Shown: piece after piece, positions 51,006 through 61,921 of the stretch | How the letters are laid out: every line of letters begins with the position of its first letter | Position numbering within the stretch: position 1 is the first letter of the stretch | DNA from: Thermoplasmatales archaeon | Lineage (GTDB): Archaea > Thermoplasmatota > Thermoplasmata > Thermoplasmatales > Thermoplasmataceae | Length of the DNA: 64,000 nt | Direction: 5' to 3' | Assembly (NCBI GenBank): GCA_027310185.1 | Contig: DAIDBH010000006.1 | Coordinates: 32,001-96,000 of the forward strand | The notes under the pieces: generated by a model | The model's database searches: none | Seen by the model: only the letters and a program-made list of their open reading frames with translations | What the model was told of the DNA's origin: nothing | Translations under genes and position numbers: made by a program

Positions 51006-52451
51006 ATGACTTATGATGACCTTAATGATTTCATTTCCGATCGAAGGAAAAAAAATGATTTCATCCAGATGGAAGATGAGGTAAGCACTGAACTGGAACT
51101 TACCTGGATTCTGAGTGAGGAAGAGAGGGCAGGAAAGGGAAGAACGATTCTCTTTGAAAAGGTAAAAGGCTACGATATCCCGGTTATTGGTAATATTTTT
51201 TCAACACAGGAGAAGATGAATTCCATTCTTGGAGACACACCGGAGAATGTTGGAAATGCCCTGAGAAACCTGATCAGGCCGCCGAAAGAAAGTGAGTCGC
51301 TGATTGGCAGGGGCATGGAGATGCTGAAGGAACTTGGAGGATTGAGGCCAAAATTGCACGACAAATTACCATCTTCCTATAGTGTTATCAATTCCGTTGA
51401 CCTGGACAGGTATCCCATATGTACAACATGGCCGGATGATGCAGGACCATTCATTACACTACCTGTGGTCATTACGAGTGATCCTGAAACAGGCAGGAAA
51501 AATGCAGGCATGTACAGGATGCAGAAATATGACTCGGAAACCATGGGAATGCACTGGCAGATCCATAAGGATGGGGCAAAGCATTTTGATGAATATAAGG
51601 AGAAAGGAAAGATCATGGATGTGTCTGTTACTCTGGGAACAGACCCACTAACAATATTCTCGGCAGTTGCTCCCCTTCCAGATCCACTTGATGAATTCTC
51701 ATTCTGGGGACTGATCAGCAAGGACAGGGCAAACCTTGTAAAAGGGCAGAGTGTTGATCTTTATTATCCGATGAATTCAGAAATTGTACTGGAAGGCTAT
51801 ATTGATACTTCCGAATCGAGGATAGAAGGTCCCTTTGGAGATCATACTGGATATTATTCACTGCAGGAAGTGTTCCCTGTATTTCACGTGAAGAAAATAG
51901 TGGAGAAAAAGAATCCTGTCTATCCAACAACCATTGTGGGCAAGCTGTGGCATGAGGATGTGATAATGGGAAAATCCATAGAAAGACTGTTTCTTCCTCT
52001 TGTAAAGTTGCAGATACCGGAAATTGTTGATATGAATACGATGGAGGAAGCAGTGTTTCATGACATGATAGTTGTTTCCATAAAGAAGAGATTCCCCGGT
52101 CATGCAAAGAAGGTTATGTTTGCTGTGTGGGGTACCGGTCAGCTGATGTTTTCCAAGATAGTGGTTGTTGTTGATGACGATATAAACGTACATGACAGAA
52201 AACAGGTCATATGGGCCATGAGCACCAGGATTGACCCTGCAAGGGATGTCATTATTATCCCCGGAACACATACAGATACGCTTGATCATGCCTCATCGCT
52301 TCTGAACTATGGATCAAAGATGGGTATAGATGCAACCAGGAAATGGAAATCGGAGGGATTTAACAGGCCATGGCCGGAAACACTTTCAATGAAACAGGAT
52401 ATTCAGGAAAGAGTAGATCAACTGAGAACGAAGTTCAAGAATCAAAATTAA
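51006..52451 (+). CDS. ubiD: UbiD-family (menaquinone biosynthesis) decarboxylase
   Basis: NAGMYRMQ, MHWQIHKDG, EGPFGDHTGYY, VVDDD, KMGIDAT. Confidence 0.92.
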   Translation: MTYDDLNDFISDRRKKNDFIQMEDEVSTELELTWILSEEERAGKGRTILFEKVKGYDIPVIGNIFSTQEKMNSILGDTPENVGNALRNLIRPPKESESLIGRGMEMLKELGGLRPKLHDKLPSSYSVINSVDLDRYPICTTWPDDAGPFITLPVVITSDPETGRKNAGMYRMQKYDSETMGMHWQIHKDGAKHFDEYKEKGKIMDVSVTLGTDPLTIFSAVAPLPDPLDEFSFWGLISKDRANLVKGQSVDLYYPMNSEIVLEGYIDTSESRIEGPFGDHTGYYSLQEVFPVFHVKKIVEKKNPVYPTTIVGKLWHEDVIMGKSIERLFLPLVKLQIPEIVDMNTMEEAVFHDMIVVSIKKRFPGHAKKVMFAVWGTGQLMFSKIVVVVDDDINVHDRKQVIWAMSTRIDPARDVIIIPGTHTDTLDHASSLLNYGSKMGIDATRKWKSEGFNRPWPETLSMKQDIQERVDQLRTKFKNQN

Positions 52452-53305
52452 AAGGTTTCATCGATTACATAAAACTGGAACATACAGTTTTTGATATACC
52501 TTTCATAGTGGCAGGTAGCTTTATTGCTGCAGGAAAATATCCGGGAACCAGGATCATCATTCTTGTAATACTTGCAGGTACACTTGCAAGAGCAACAGGA
52601 ATGTCGATCAACAGGCTGCTTGGGAAGAAGTATGATGTGATCAACCCGAGAAAGAGGCAATGGGGACTGGTTAATGGGTCCCTGTCAACTTCAAGCGCCA
52701 TTACATTCACTGTTATTGTGGCAGCCCTATTTGAGCTCTGTACGTTCCTGCTCAACACGTTCGTCTTCATTCTTTCTCCAGTAGTTCTTGCTCTTTTCAT
52801 AATAGATCCCATGCTCAAGAGAATAACAAGATGGAGGCATTTCTTCATGGGGCTGACCATAGGGGTTGGTGTCATGGCAGGATACCTTGCCGTTATCCCT
52901 CACTTTCCATCATCACCTGAAATATATATCCTGGTAATCACAACTGCTACGTGGATTGGAGGCTTTGACATGGTATACACAATACCTGATGTGGAATATG
53001 ACAGGCAGAATGATCTAAAGACAGTCATGACTGCTTATGGGATAAGAAATGGGATGATTATTTCAGATATTACTCATGCCTTTACCCTCTTATTTTTCAC
53101 CCTGCTCATATTTTACATAAACAGTTATTTCTACGCTGCAGAACTCGTTCTGATTTATTTCCTCATAATATATCAGCATTACATACTTGATCCGGATGAT
53201 ACTTCTACAGTAAGGGTTTCATTCCTTAACTCCAATTCATTCATAGGCATATCATTCCTCACTGTCCTGATACTGACACAGTACCTGCCAGCTTTTGCTT
53301 TATAA
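52370..53305 (+). CDS. ubiA: UbiA-family prenyltransferase (MqnP-like)
   Basis: IKLEHTVF, NR..D..NPR, GFDMVY..DVEYD; start uncertain. Confidence 0.88.
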   Translation: MAGNTFNETGYSGKSRSTENEVQESKLKGFIDYIKLEHTVFDIPFIVAGSFIAAGKYPGTRIIILVILAGTLARATGMSINRLLGKKYDVINPRKRQWGLVNGSLSTSSAITFTVIVAALFELCTFLLNTFVFILSPVVLALFIIDPMLKRITRWRHFFMGLTIGVGVMAGYLAVIPHFPSSPEIYILVITTATWIGGFDMVYTIPDVEYDRQNDLKTVMTAYGIRNGMIISDITHAFTLLFFTLLIFYINSYFYAAELVLIYFLIIYQHYILDPDDTSTVRVSFLNSNSFIGISFLTVLILTQYLPAFAL

Positions 53306-53309
53306 TAAT

Positions 53310-54197
53310 CTAGCCAAGCGGGAATATATTCAATTCGTAAATTTTTACATTTTTGAAATTTACTGGGATATTACCGATGATTTTCAGCAAATATGATTGA
53401 TATACCCTGTGAATAAGGAATGTAAATTTCAAAACCCTGTCCTTCTTTTCTATCCCAAAATAAATGAGTGGGAGAATGGCTCCTTTCTTGCTGTTGAATT
53501 GCATAACCAGTTCATCGCTTATCTCAACCTCATAGGAATTATCATCTATTTTCTCAGCATCCGGTGGAACTGTACTGTCTTCATGATATACCATGAAAAA
53601 AGGGACTCTTCCAAGAGACGGGAATTTAAGGATTGCCAGATACTCCTCCCCAATATTTAGATCATAATTATCAAGGGAAAATTCTACCCTGTCAATTTCC
53701 ATATTCTCCAAGGATGTGATATACTCCATGAAACTGATCTCTTTCAGTTTCCATACTCTAAATTTTTCATCATCAAGTAAACCTGATATGAAATTGTTTA
53801 TATCCTGCATGAAACGTTCAGAAAATGTAAATGACATATAGTGCCTGCCGCCCATTACGTAATTTATTCCAGCCATGATGGATGGAATCTCTAAAATCTC
53901 TCCTATTTTCCCTGTGCTTCCCTGTAAATCACTGGAAGCAAAAAACGTATAACAGTTACCTATTTTTCTTCCACCATATTTCTGGTTGAAAATTGCCTGA
54001 TCCCTGTTTTGATTTTCTTCATTCAGGAGATACAGGAATATCATCCTTCTTTCGTCATTAAGAGCTATGAATGGAATTTTTATACTGTGTGCCCTTGAAT
54101 AGTTTTCAATGGGAGAGTTATCATTGCATTCAAGAATTATTTCATGTTTTCCATTGAAAATCCTGTATTTATCAGGAAAAAGGTTCCAGTCTGCCAT
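53310..54197 (-). CDS. Hypothetical protein, paralogous to 38993-39934
   Basis: 295-aa ORF; ILEIPSI...MSFTF..INNFI parallels LLEAPSV...IDFRF..INDIL. Confidence 0.75.
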   Translation of the reverse strand: MADWNLFPDKYRIFNGKHEIILECNDNSPIENYSRAHSIKIPFIALNDERRMIFLYLLNEENQNRDQAIFNQKYGGRKIGNCYTFFASSDLQGSTGKIGEILEIPSIMAGINYVMGGRHYMSFTFSERFMQDINNFISGLLDDEKFRVWKLKEISFMEYITSLENMEIDRVEFSLDNYDLNIGEEYLAILKFPSLGRVPFFMVYHEDSTVPPDAEKIDDNSYEVEISDELVMQFNSKKGAILPLIYFGIEKKDRVLKFTFLIHRVYQSYLLKIIGNIPVNFKNVKIYELNIFPLG

Positions 54198-54265
54198 TCT
54201 GTCAGACAGTGATTGTAAATGGATATTTAAATAGGATTGTGATTATAATAGGTAGAATAGGGTAT

Positions 54266-55189
54266 TCATACAGAAAGAATGTCACTGAAAACAGCACCTG
54301 CTGTCTCAAGAGGCCCGTCCATGTCTTCTGAGATATAAACCGGATTCCTCTCAGCAAACCCTATGGTACATGCCATTCCCATTGGGGCCAGCCTGAGGAA
54401 TGGGTCCTCATTCTCAAGTTTGAATACCCTGGACTCTACAGTGAATTCTCCATCCATGGAAAGCTTCGCGAGGAGCATTTCATTCATTTTAATATTATCA
54501 GGATTTATTCCAGAGTAACTCAATTCTTTCAGTCTCAGGGGCTTATTGAACAGCGAATTTGCAAGAATGACCGCTTTTCTTGCGGAATCTGTTCCGTCCA
54601 GATCATCTGTCATATCCGTTTCTGCAACACCCTCTTCGGTGGCCTTCCTCTTTGCCTCTTCCAGGCTCATCCCTCCATTTACCTTCTTCATCACAAAGTT
54701 CGATGTTAGATTTACGACACCGGTGAAACTGTTTACAGTAAAGGATGGAAAACTACTTCTCAGCAGTGAAAATATTGGAAGCCCGCCTGCAACTGTTGCC
54801 TCGAAATAGAGTTTTTTATGATTTTCCATTGATGCTCTTCCTATTTCCGGGAAGAAGTTAGCAAGTCCCGATTTATTGGCAGTTACAATGTGCTTTCCAT
54901 TTTTCATGAGATCAATGTAATCATCCCTTTCCCTTTCACCATTTCTGGATGCAGTCCTCATGTCCACATAAACGTCAAAATCAAGCTTTCTGATACTCTC
55001 CGACTTCCTGAAATCTTCTGGAGCACTCATGAATTTATTGATCTCTGTCATGTTTAGACCTTCTTCTGAGCACAGCTGCCCCCTGGAGTTCTCGATCCCG
55101 ATGATCTGAATGTCAGAATTGAATTTTGCGATCAGTTTCAGCAAATTCCTGGAAACGTTCCCTGTTCCTGCAAGATAAAGCTTCCTCAT
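54266..55189 (-). CDS. hom: Homoserine dehydrogenase
   Basis: GTGNV, VTANK, EATVAGGLP, DLDGTDSARK, ETAGAV. Confidence 0.92.
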   Translation of the reverse strand: MRKLYLAGTGNVSRNLLKLIAKFNSDIQIIGIENSRGQLCSEEGLNMTEINKFMSAPEDFRKSESIRKLDFDVYVDMRTASRNGERERDDYIDLMKNGKHIVTANKSGLANFFPEIGRASMENHKKLYFEATVAGGLPIFSLLRSSFPSFTVNSFTGVVNLTSNFVMKKVNGGMSLEEAKRKATEEGVAETDMTDDLDGTDSARKAVILANSLFNKPLRLKELSYSGINPDNIKMNEMLLAKLSMDGEFTVESRVFKLENEDPFLRLAPMGMACTIGFAERNPVYISEDMDGPLETAGAVFSDILSV

Positions 55190-57576
55190 TATTCCAGCTC
55201 CACTTTTCCCACGGAGATGACCTCATCGTCACCACTGACATCTATAAGTTTTACACCCTGTGAATTCCTGCTCACTTCCCTTATTGTCGAGGCCTTGATC
55301 CTTATGGTCTGTTCGTTTCTGGTCATTATTATCAGTTCGTCATTCTCATTCACAGGAATAGCCTCCACTATCTTTCCCGTCTTCTCGGTGATCTTCATGA
55401 CCTTGACTCCCATGCTTCCCCTGTGATGGCTCGTAAACTCATTCTCCTCAGTTCTCTTTCCTATTCCCCTTGATGATACTGTCAGGATGTTCTGGCCAGG
55501 TTCAATGGCAAAGGCCTTTATCACATACTCATTTCCCTGAACCTTCATTGACCTTACACCTCTGGAAGTTCTACCTGTCGTCCTTACCTCATCTGACCTG
55601 AATCTTGCTGCCTTCCCATTGCTTGATATGACAACTATATCGTGATCAGATTCCAGAATGAATGCAGAAATAAGCTCGTCGCCCTCTTCAAGGTTCACTG
55701 CCCTGATGCCAGCCGAGTTTATATTTGCAAAGTCCTCAACGGAAGTTTTCTTTATGAAGCCACCTCTTGTTGCCATGATCAGGAATGATCCTACCTTATC
55801 TTCAAACCTGAGAACTTCTGTTAATCTTTCAGTTTCTGCAAGCTTGAGGAATGCTGAACCGATGACGCCAACACCTGTTCTGCTCTTGCTCTCAATCCTG
55901 TAAGCCTTTATCTTGAATACCCTTCCTGTGTTGGTGAAGAAGAGAACATTATCATGTGAGCTGCAGTGAATCAGTGATCTCACCTGATCCTCGTCCCTAA
56001 CACTTGTCTGAACGCCTTTCCCGCCTCTCTTCTGTGCGCGATATTCATCCAGCGTTACCCTCTTTATGAAACCTTTTTCTGTAAGTATGATGACGCTCTC
56101 CTCAACAGGGATTGTCTGATCTTCTGAAAGATTCATGTAGCCTCCTGACTTGACCTCTGTCCTTCTTTCATCACCATACTTCTTGATCAGGGCCTGGATT
56201 TCCTCTATGAGGATGCTGTCCCTTTCACTTTCATTGTTTATGATGCTGTTCAGTCTTTTCAATTCGTTGAATGTGTCCTCCAGCTCTTTTTTAATCTTCT
56301 CATGTTCCAGTGATGTGAGTCTCTGCAACCTCATGTCAAGAATTGCGTTTGCCTGTATCTCTGTAAGATCAAGGGACTGCATCAGTTTTGCTCTTGCTTC
56401 TGTTGTTTCCCTGCTTCCCCTGATCAGAGATATGACAAGATCGAGCTGTTCTATGGCTTTCTCAAGACCGAGCAGTATATGTTCCCTTTCCTTCAGCTTA
56501 TCATAGTCAAACTGGCTCCTTTTCAGGATGACCTTTAGCCTGTGATCTATGTAGCTTTTCATGAGTTCCTTGAGGTTCATCTGTCTTGGTTCATTGTTCA
56601 GGAGAACCAGGTTGTTTATGCTGATGCTCTGTTCAAGTTCTGTCTTAGAATACAGCTGGTTCAGAATTAATCCTTTCCTGTCCTCGTCCTTTATTTTAAT
56701 TACTATCCTCATTCCTTCCCTGTTGCTTTCGTCCCTCACATCGGTAATTCCCTCTATCTTTCCGTCATCAACATGTCTTACGACGTTTTCAAGAAATGTT
56801 ACCTTATTGACACCATAGGGAAGGCTGGTAATGACGATCCTCTTCTTATCATCAATATTTGCTTCTCCGCGACATATGACCTTTCCTCTCCCCGTTTCAT
56901 ATGCCCTGATTAGATCATCTGTCATCCATATTATTCCACCACCCGGGAAGTCTGGTCCCTTTAGATGTTGAAGCAGATCCTTAACAGTCGCACCTGGATT
57001 CCTGACCAGCTCTATGATCCCGTTTCCCACCTCTGTAAGGTTGTGAGGAAGGAGATTTGTGGCCATTCCTACTGCTATTCCAGAACTTCCATTTATGAGC
57101 AGGTTTGGGACAACCGATGGAAGATAATCCGGTTCCTGCAGGGAACCATCAAAATTCAGCCTGAACGGTACCGTATTCTTGTCTATATCCTTCAGCATCT
57201 CCTCTGCTAGCTGGTTGGTTCTAGCTTCAGTATATCTCATTGCCGCAGGTGCATCACCATCTATTGACCCAAAATTTCCCTGCCCATCGATAAGCATATA
57301 CCTGAGGGAAAAATCCTGAGCCATCCTTGCCATTGCATCGTAAATTGCACTGTCTCCATGTGGATGATATTTACCCATGGCTTCTCCAACTATCCTTGCA
57401 GATTTCCTGTAAGGCTTATCGTGTGTGAAGTTATTTTCATACATTGAATAGAGTATCCTTCTCTGAACTGGCTTCAGTCCATCCCTCACATCTGGTATTG
57501 CCCTGCTGACAATTACGCTCATTGCATATTCAAGATAGGATTTTTTAATTTCTGTTTCTACTGGTTTCAATTCCAT
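55189..57576 (-). CDS. gyrA: DNA gyrase subunit A
   Basis: YHPHGDSA, AAMRYTE, GyrA box QKRGGKG. Confidence 0.97.
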   Translation of the reverse strand: MELKPVETEIKKSYLEYAMSVIVSRAIPDVRDGLKPVQRRILYSMYENNFTHDKPYRKSARIVGEAMGKYHPHGDSAIYDAMARMAQDFSLRYMLIDGQGNFGSIDGDAPAAMRYTEARTNQLAEEMLKDIDKNTVPFRLNFDGSLQEPDYLPSVVPNLLINGSSGIAVGMATNLLPHNLTEVGNGIIELVRNPGATVKDLLQHLKGPDFPGGGIIWMTDDLIRAYETGRGKVICRGEANIDDKKRIVITSLPYGVNKVTFLENVVRHVDDGKIEGITDVRDESNREGMRIVIKIKDEDRKGLILNQLYSKTELEQSISINNLVLLNNEPRQMNLKELMKSYIDHRLKVILKRSQFDYDKLKEREHILLGLEKAIEQLDLVISLIRGSRETTEARAKLMQSLDLTEIQANAILDMRLQRLTSLEHEKIKKELEDTFNELKRLNSIINNESERDSILIEEIQALIKKYGDERRTEVKSGGYMNLSEDQTIPVEESVIILTEKGFIKRVTLDEYRAQKRGGKGVQTSVRDEDQVRSLIHCSSHDNVLFFTNTGRVFKIKAYRIESKSRTGVGVIGSAFLKLAETERLTEVLRFEDKVGSFLIMATRGGFIKKTSVEDFANINSAGIRAVNLEEGDELISAFILESDHDIVVISSNGKAARFRSDEVRTTGRTSRGVRSMKVQGNEYVIKAFAIEPGQNILTVSSRGIGKRTEENEFTSHHRGSMGVKVMKITEKTGKIVEAIPVNENDELIIMTRNEQTIRIKASTIREVSRNSQGVKLIDVSGDDEVISVGKVELE

Positions 57577-57586
57577 TCAGATCACC

Positions 57587-59521
57587 TTAAAAATCAATTT
57601 CCCCCACGTATTTTGCATTCTCCTCTATGAATCTTCTTCTTGGCTCAACCTTGTCTCCCATCAGGATTGAAAATGTGTGATCTGCCTCATCTGCATCTTC
57701 AACATCTACCCTTACGAGTCTCCTGGTATCAGGGTTCATGGCAGTGTCCCATAGCTGTTCCGGGTTCATCTCTCCAAGACCCTTGAATCTCTGTGTTACA
57801 ACATTCTTTCCGAGTTCTGATACTACCTTATCTCTTTCCTCCTCAGAATATACATAATAGACCTTGTCACCTTTCTGTACCCTGTAAAGTGGAGGTTCAG
57901 CGAAGTATATGTTTCCATTCTTGATCAGTTTCAGTGCATGTCTGTAAAAGAATGTCAGGAGCAGAGTTCTTATGTGTGCGCCGTCAACATCGGCATCGGT
58001 CATGATTATTATCTTTCCATACCTCAGACTATCAAGGTTCAATTCCTCACCCACACCTGTGCCAAGTACTATGATCAGGTCCTTGATTATCTGGTTCGCG
58101 AATGTCTTGCTGTCGTTTGCCTTCTCCACATTGAGAATTTTACCTCTAAGAGGCATCACTGCCTGATATTCCCTGTTTCTTGCCTGTTTCGCAGATCCAC
58201 CTGCTGAGTCTCCCTCTACTATATATATCTCTGTTTTTGATGGATCAGATGATGAGCAGTCGGCCAGCTTGCCTGGCATGCTCCCTGTTCCGAGGCTTGA
58301 CCTCTTCTTTATTAGTTCTTTGGCATTCCTTGATGCTTCCCTTGCCTCCGCTGCCATCAATGCCCTTCTCACTATTAGATTGGCCACGTGTGGATAACTT
58401 TCCAGATAGAATTTCATCTGGCTCTCCAGTATGGACTGTACAACCCCCTTGATTTCCCCATTTCCAAGTTTCTCCTTTGTCTGTCCCTCAAACTGTGGGT
58501 TGTACATTTTTACATGAAGAACTGCGACAAGACCATCCCTTACGTCATCGCCTATTAGATTGTCCACACCCTTTACGAGGTTATTCTTCTTCGCGAAGTC
58601 AAGTATTGCCTTTGATAATCCGGTCCTGAATCCGGCAACATGTGTTCCACCCTCATCTGTCCTTATATTGTTCACAAAGGACTTCATGACCTCCATGGAG
58701 TTTGATGAATACTGAAGTGCAAACTCAACAACCACATCTGACTTTTCTTCCTGTCCCTTGATTGTTTCCTTCAATAGGAGATCATATCCCTCGGAAAGGT
58801 ATGATACGAATTCTGAAAGGCCACCAGAAAAGTGGAATATATCCTTTTTTCCTGATCTTTCATCCCTCATTTCAAAGGATATGTTTGAGTTGAGATATGC
58901 CAGTTCTCTCATTCTGCGCTCCAGGATTTCATAACTGTATACTGTCTCCTGGAAAATTTCAGGGTCCGGCCAGAATTTAATTGTTGTACCGGACTCACTC
59001 TTCAGGTTCAGACTGATATCCTTCAGAACTGGATCATTTTCCTTTTCTTCTTCCCTTACAGTGATCAGGTGACCATCTGGAATACCCCTCCTGAAAATTT
59101 CATAATAAATATTTCCATTCCTTTTTATGACGGCAATGAGTTTTTCTGAAAGTGCATTGACCACATGCACTCCTACCCCATGAAGACCACCAGTGACCTT
59201 GTAAACCTTCTTGTCAAATTTTGCCCCACTGTGCAGTTCAGTCAGGACAATTTCAAGTGCTGGCCTCTTGTATTGAGGGTGAATATCCACAGGAATGCCT
59301 CTCCCGTTATCCTCGACTGTCACGCTACCGTCTTTTCCCAGTGTTATTAACACCTTATCCGCAAATCCCGCATTTGCTTCATCAACGCAGTTATCTACTA
59401 CCTCATAAACAAGATGATGAAGGCCGCCTTCTCCCGTATTGCCAATATACATTCCTGGCACTTTTCTAACTGCCTTCAATCCCTCCAGTATCTGTATCTG
59501 TGATGCATCGTATTGATCCAA
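57587..59521 (-). CDS. gyrB: DNA gyrase subunit B
   Basis: EVVDN, DNGRGIP, EGDSAGG, PLRGK, TDADVDG, KGLGEMN; TTG start. Confidence 0.97.
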   Translation of the reverse strand: MDQYDASQIQILEGLKAVRKVPGMYIGNTGEGGLHHLVYEVVDNCVDEANAGFADKVLITLGKDGSVTVEDNGRGIPVDIHPQYKRPALEIVLTELHSGAKFDKKVYKVTGGLHGVGVHVVNALSEKLIAVIKRNGNIYYEIFRRGIPDGHLITVREEEKENDPVLKDISLNLKSESGTTIKFWPDPEIFQETVYSYEILERRMRELAYLNSNISFEMRDERSGKKDIFHFSGGLSEFVSYLSEGYDLLLKETIKGQEEKSDVVVEFALQYSSNSMEVMKSFVNNIRTDEGGTHVAGFRTGLSKAILDFAKKNNLVKGVDNLIGDDVRDGLVAVLHVKMYNPQFEGQTKEKLGNGEIKGVVQSILESQMKFYLESYPHVANLIVRRALMAAEAREASRNAKELIKKRSSLGTGSMPGKLADCSSSDPSKTEIYIVEGDSAGGSAKQARNREYQAVMPLRGKILNVEKANDSKTFANQIIKDLIIVLGTGVGEELNLDSLRYGKIIIMTDADVDGAHIRTLLLTFFYRHALKLIKNGNIYFAEPPLYRVQKGDKVYYVYSEEERDKVVSELGKNVVTQRFKGLGEMNPEQLWDTAMNPDTRRLVRVDVEDADEADHTFSILMGDKVEPRRRFIEENAKYVGEIDF

Positions 59522-59637
59522 ACCTATCCTACCCCCATGGTTTCATTACTTATATGTGTTTTAATTTTTTTTCACTTATCAATATTATAATTGAAGAGTC
59601 AATAAAACACTAACTTAATTGAAGATCAGAATTGAGA

Positions 59638-60429
59638 CTATTTATTCAGTACATTTGTGTAAAATGAGATGTATCTGAATGGTTCTTCCATTTCTTCAGT
59701 ATTACCATTTTTATTCTCGTATTTTCTTATGAATTGTGGTTCACCGAATACTTTTGTAACCGGCTCGCTGCCCCTGTCGAAATTTATGAGGTATTTCCCC
59801 CTTAAATCCTTTCTTACATCTGAAAGAGTCCTGTAATCCTTCATTGAGAAATTATGTTCATACCAGTTCTTGCCAGGATAGGGCGGATCCATATAGAAGA
59901 AAGTGCGTTCATTGTCATATTTCTTGAGGAATGCAAGGTAATCCATATTTTCAAGCTTCCATGAAGATATGGTCTTCTGTATTGCTGGCAGAACGCCAAT
60001 TGTCTTCCCCATTGCAGTGAATGAACTTTTTTCCCTGGATGTTGAGTATGTTTCACCCATTCCTCCAAAGGTTGTGTTATACCTGTAAAACGTCTTGAAA
60101 GCACTGTATGTTCTATCTTCTTTCTTTTCCTCCTGTTCCTCTCTCATCTGTTTCCTGAATTCAATGAAATTTTTAGGTGATGTCAGCCACTGTTTTACAT
60201 ATTCCATGAATGAGTCATATGAATCCCTCAGGCTCAGTAAAAGATCATATATATCCCGGTTTATCTCATTATATATTACATTCTCTGCACCCATGTTCAG
60301 AGAAACCGTGGCTGAACCTCCAAACACATCAGCGAATGCATCCATGTTTGATTTTTTCCATACTTCCCTTATATCCGGGATGGAAACCCATTTCGAGCCG
60401 GGATATTTTATGAGCCTCAATTTTTTCAT
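59638..60429 (-). CDS. Orphan Dam-family (D12 class) DNA adenine methyltransferase
   Basis: KYPGSK, DVFGGSATV, YMDPPY. Confidence 0.88.
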   Translation of the reverse strand: MKKLRLIKYPGSKWVSIPDIREVWKKSNMDAFADVFGGSATVSLNMGAENVIYNEINRDIYDLLLSLRDSYDSFMEYVKQWLTSPKNFIEFRKQMREEQEEKKEDRTYSAFKTFYRYNTTFGGMGETYSTSREKSSFTAMGKTIGVLPAIQKTISSWKLENMDYLAFLKKYDNERTFFYMDPPYPGKNWYEHNFSMKDYRTLSDVRKDLRGKYLINFDRGSEPVTKVFGEPQFIRKYENKNGNTEEMEEPFRYISFYTNVLNK

Positions 60430-60487
60430 ATTAGATCAGTTAGAACCCTGATTCATAGCTAACATAAAAATATTGAAAAACTTTCCA

Positions 60488-61921
60488 TCATTCCATGCAG
60501 CAGCTCATTCTTGAGATATCCCTTGAGTAGGACTGTGCAGCAATTTTTATTCCCTCTGAAATAGTAGGAAATATATGTGTCATGGATACAAGGTCCTCAA
60601 GAGTCATCTTATTTCTCAAGATGTATGAACCCTCCATTATGATCTCAGTTGCCATGGGTGAAATAACCTGTACTCCGAGGATTTCATGATTATCTGCTGC
60701 GAACAACAGTTTATAGATTCCCTTATCTTCATTTATTATTCTGGCTTTTGGAACAGATTCAATGCCTATCTGCACTGACTCGTAACTAATATTTTTCTGC
60801 CTCAGCTCACTTTCACTGTAACCCACAAAAGCACCCTGTGGATCTGTGAATATTCCCCATGGAATGTATGCTTCTTCAATGGCTACAAATGGCTGGCCGA
60901 ACATGGCGTTTGCTGCAATTGTCCCTTCTCTCGCCGCAACTGTTTCCAGGTTGAATTTCTGTTTTACAACATCACCTGCAGCAAATATCTGCGGGTTTGA
61001 TGTTGACATGGTGTTATCCACAATTATACCGGACGCGTCATATTTCACACCAGCTTTTCCAAGATCAAGACCTTCTATATTTGGCCTTCTTCCAGAAGCT
61101 ATCATTAATTTCTGAATCTCGAATTCTGAAATATTTCCCCCATTTTCTGCAACTATAATGTATGAACTTCCATTCTTTTTAACCTCCTTCACTGAGTATC
61201 CTGTCAAAACTTTGAGATGGTCCGATTTTATGGATTCGATCAATTTAAGATCAATATCCCTATCACCCATCCTGTTTATTGTCTCATGATGCTTGAAAAT
61301 AGTTACGTTAACGCCAAGCATTGAAAGAGCCTGGCCTAACTCCAGAGCTATATAACCTCCGCCAATTATACCCATAGAATAGGGCTTTTCCCTTAAATTC
61401 CAGACGCTATCACTTGTCAGAATTTCTCCCTGGAGTCCCCTCAAACCACGGATATCGGGCAATGATGGTGAAGATCCCGTTGCAATCACAACATTGGAAG
61501 CAGTGATTTCTGATATTTCACTACCATTTATGATTTCTATCCTATCCTGGGCCAGAAACCTAGCATGACCATCCATTATGTGAATGTTTGGATAATATTT
61601 TACCACATCCTCATATTTTGTCTTCCTTTCCCCAGATGTCAAATGTTCGATGCTTTCCATCAGTTCCCTGAAGTCCAGTGAATTATTGCTGGATGATATA
61701 CCGGGAAATGGCGGATTTTTCAGCTTTTGATAGTATCTGGCAGATTCAAGGATGTACTTTGATGGGACGCATCCCACATTAACACATGTTCCTCCTATGA
61801 ACCCAAAACCTATCATAACTATTTCAGCCTGATTGTGACTGAGTTCTGATGCTTTTATGGCACAGGAGAAAGCTGCTGCTCCCCGACCCATAATTGCAAT
61901 ATCGAACTCCTCTTCCATCAC
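60488..61921 (-). CDS. merA: Mercuric reductase
   Basis: GGTCVNVGCVPSK, HIFPTISE, C-terminal MSCCME. Confidence 0.92.
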   Translation of the reverse strand: MMEEEFDIAIMGRGAAAFSCAIKASELSHNQAEIVMIGFGFIGGTCVNVGCVPSKYILESARYYQKLKNPPFPGISSSNNSLDFRELMESIEHLTSGERKTKYEDVVKYYPNIHIMDGHARFLAQDRIEIINGSEISEITASNVVIATGSSPSLPDIRGLRGLQGEILTSDSVWNLREKPYSMGIIGGGYIALELGQALSMLGVNVTIFKHHETINRMGDRDIDLKLIESIKSDHLKVLTGYSVKEVKKNGSSYIIVAENGGNISEFEIQKLMIASGRRPNIEGLDLGKAGVKYDASGIIVDNTMSTSNPQIFAAGDVVKQKFNLETVAAREGTIAANAMFGQPFVAIEEAYIPWGIFTDPQGAFVGYSESELRQKNISYESVQIGIESVPKARIINEDKGIYKLLFAADNHEILGVQVISPMATEIIMEGSYILRNKMTLEDLVSMTHIFPTISEGIKIAAQSYSRDISRMSCCME

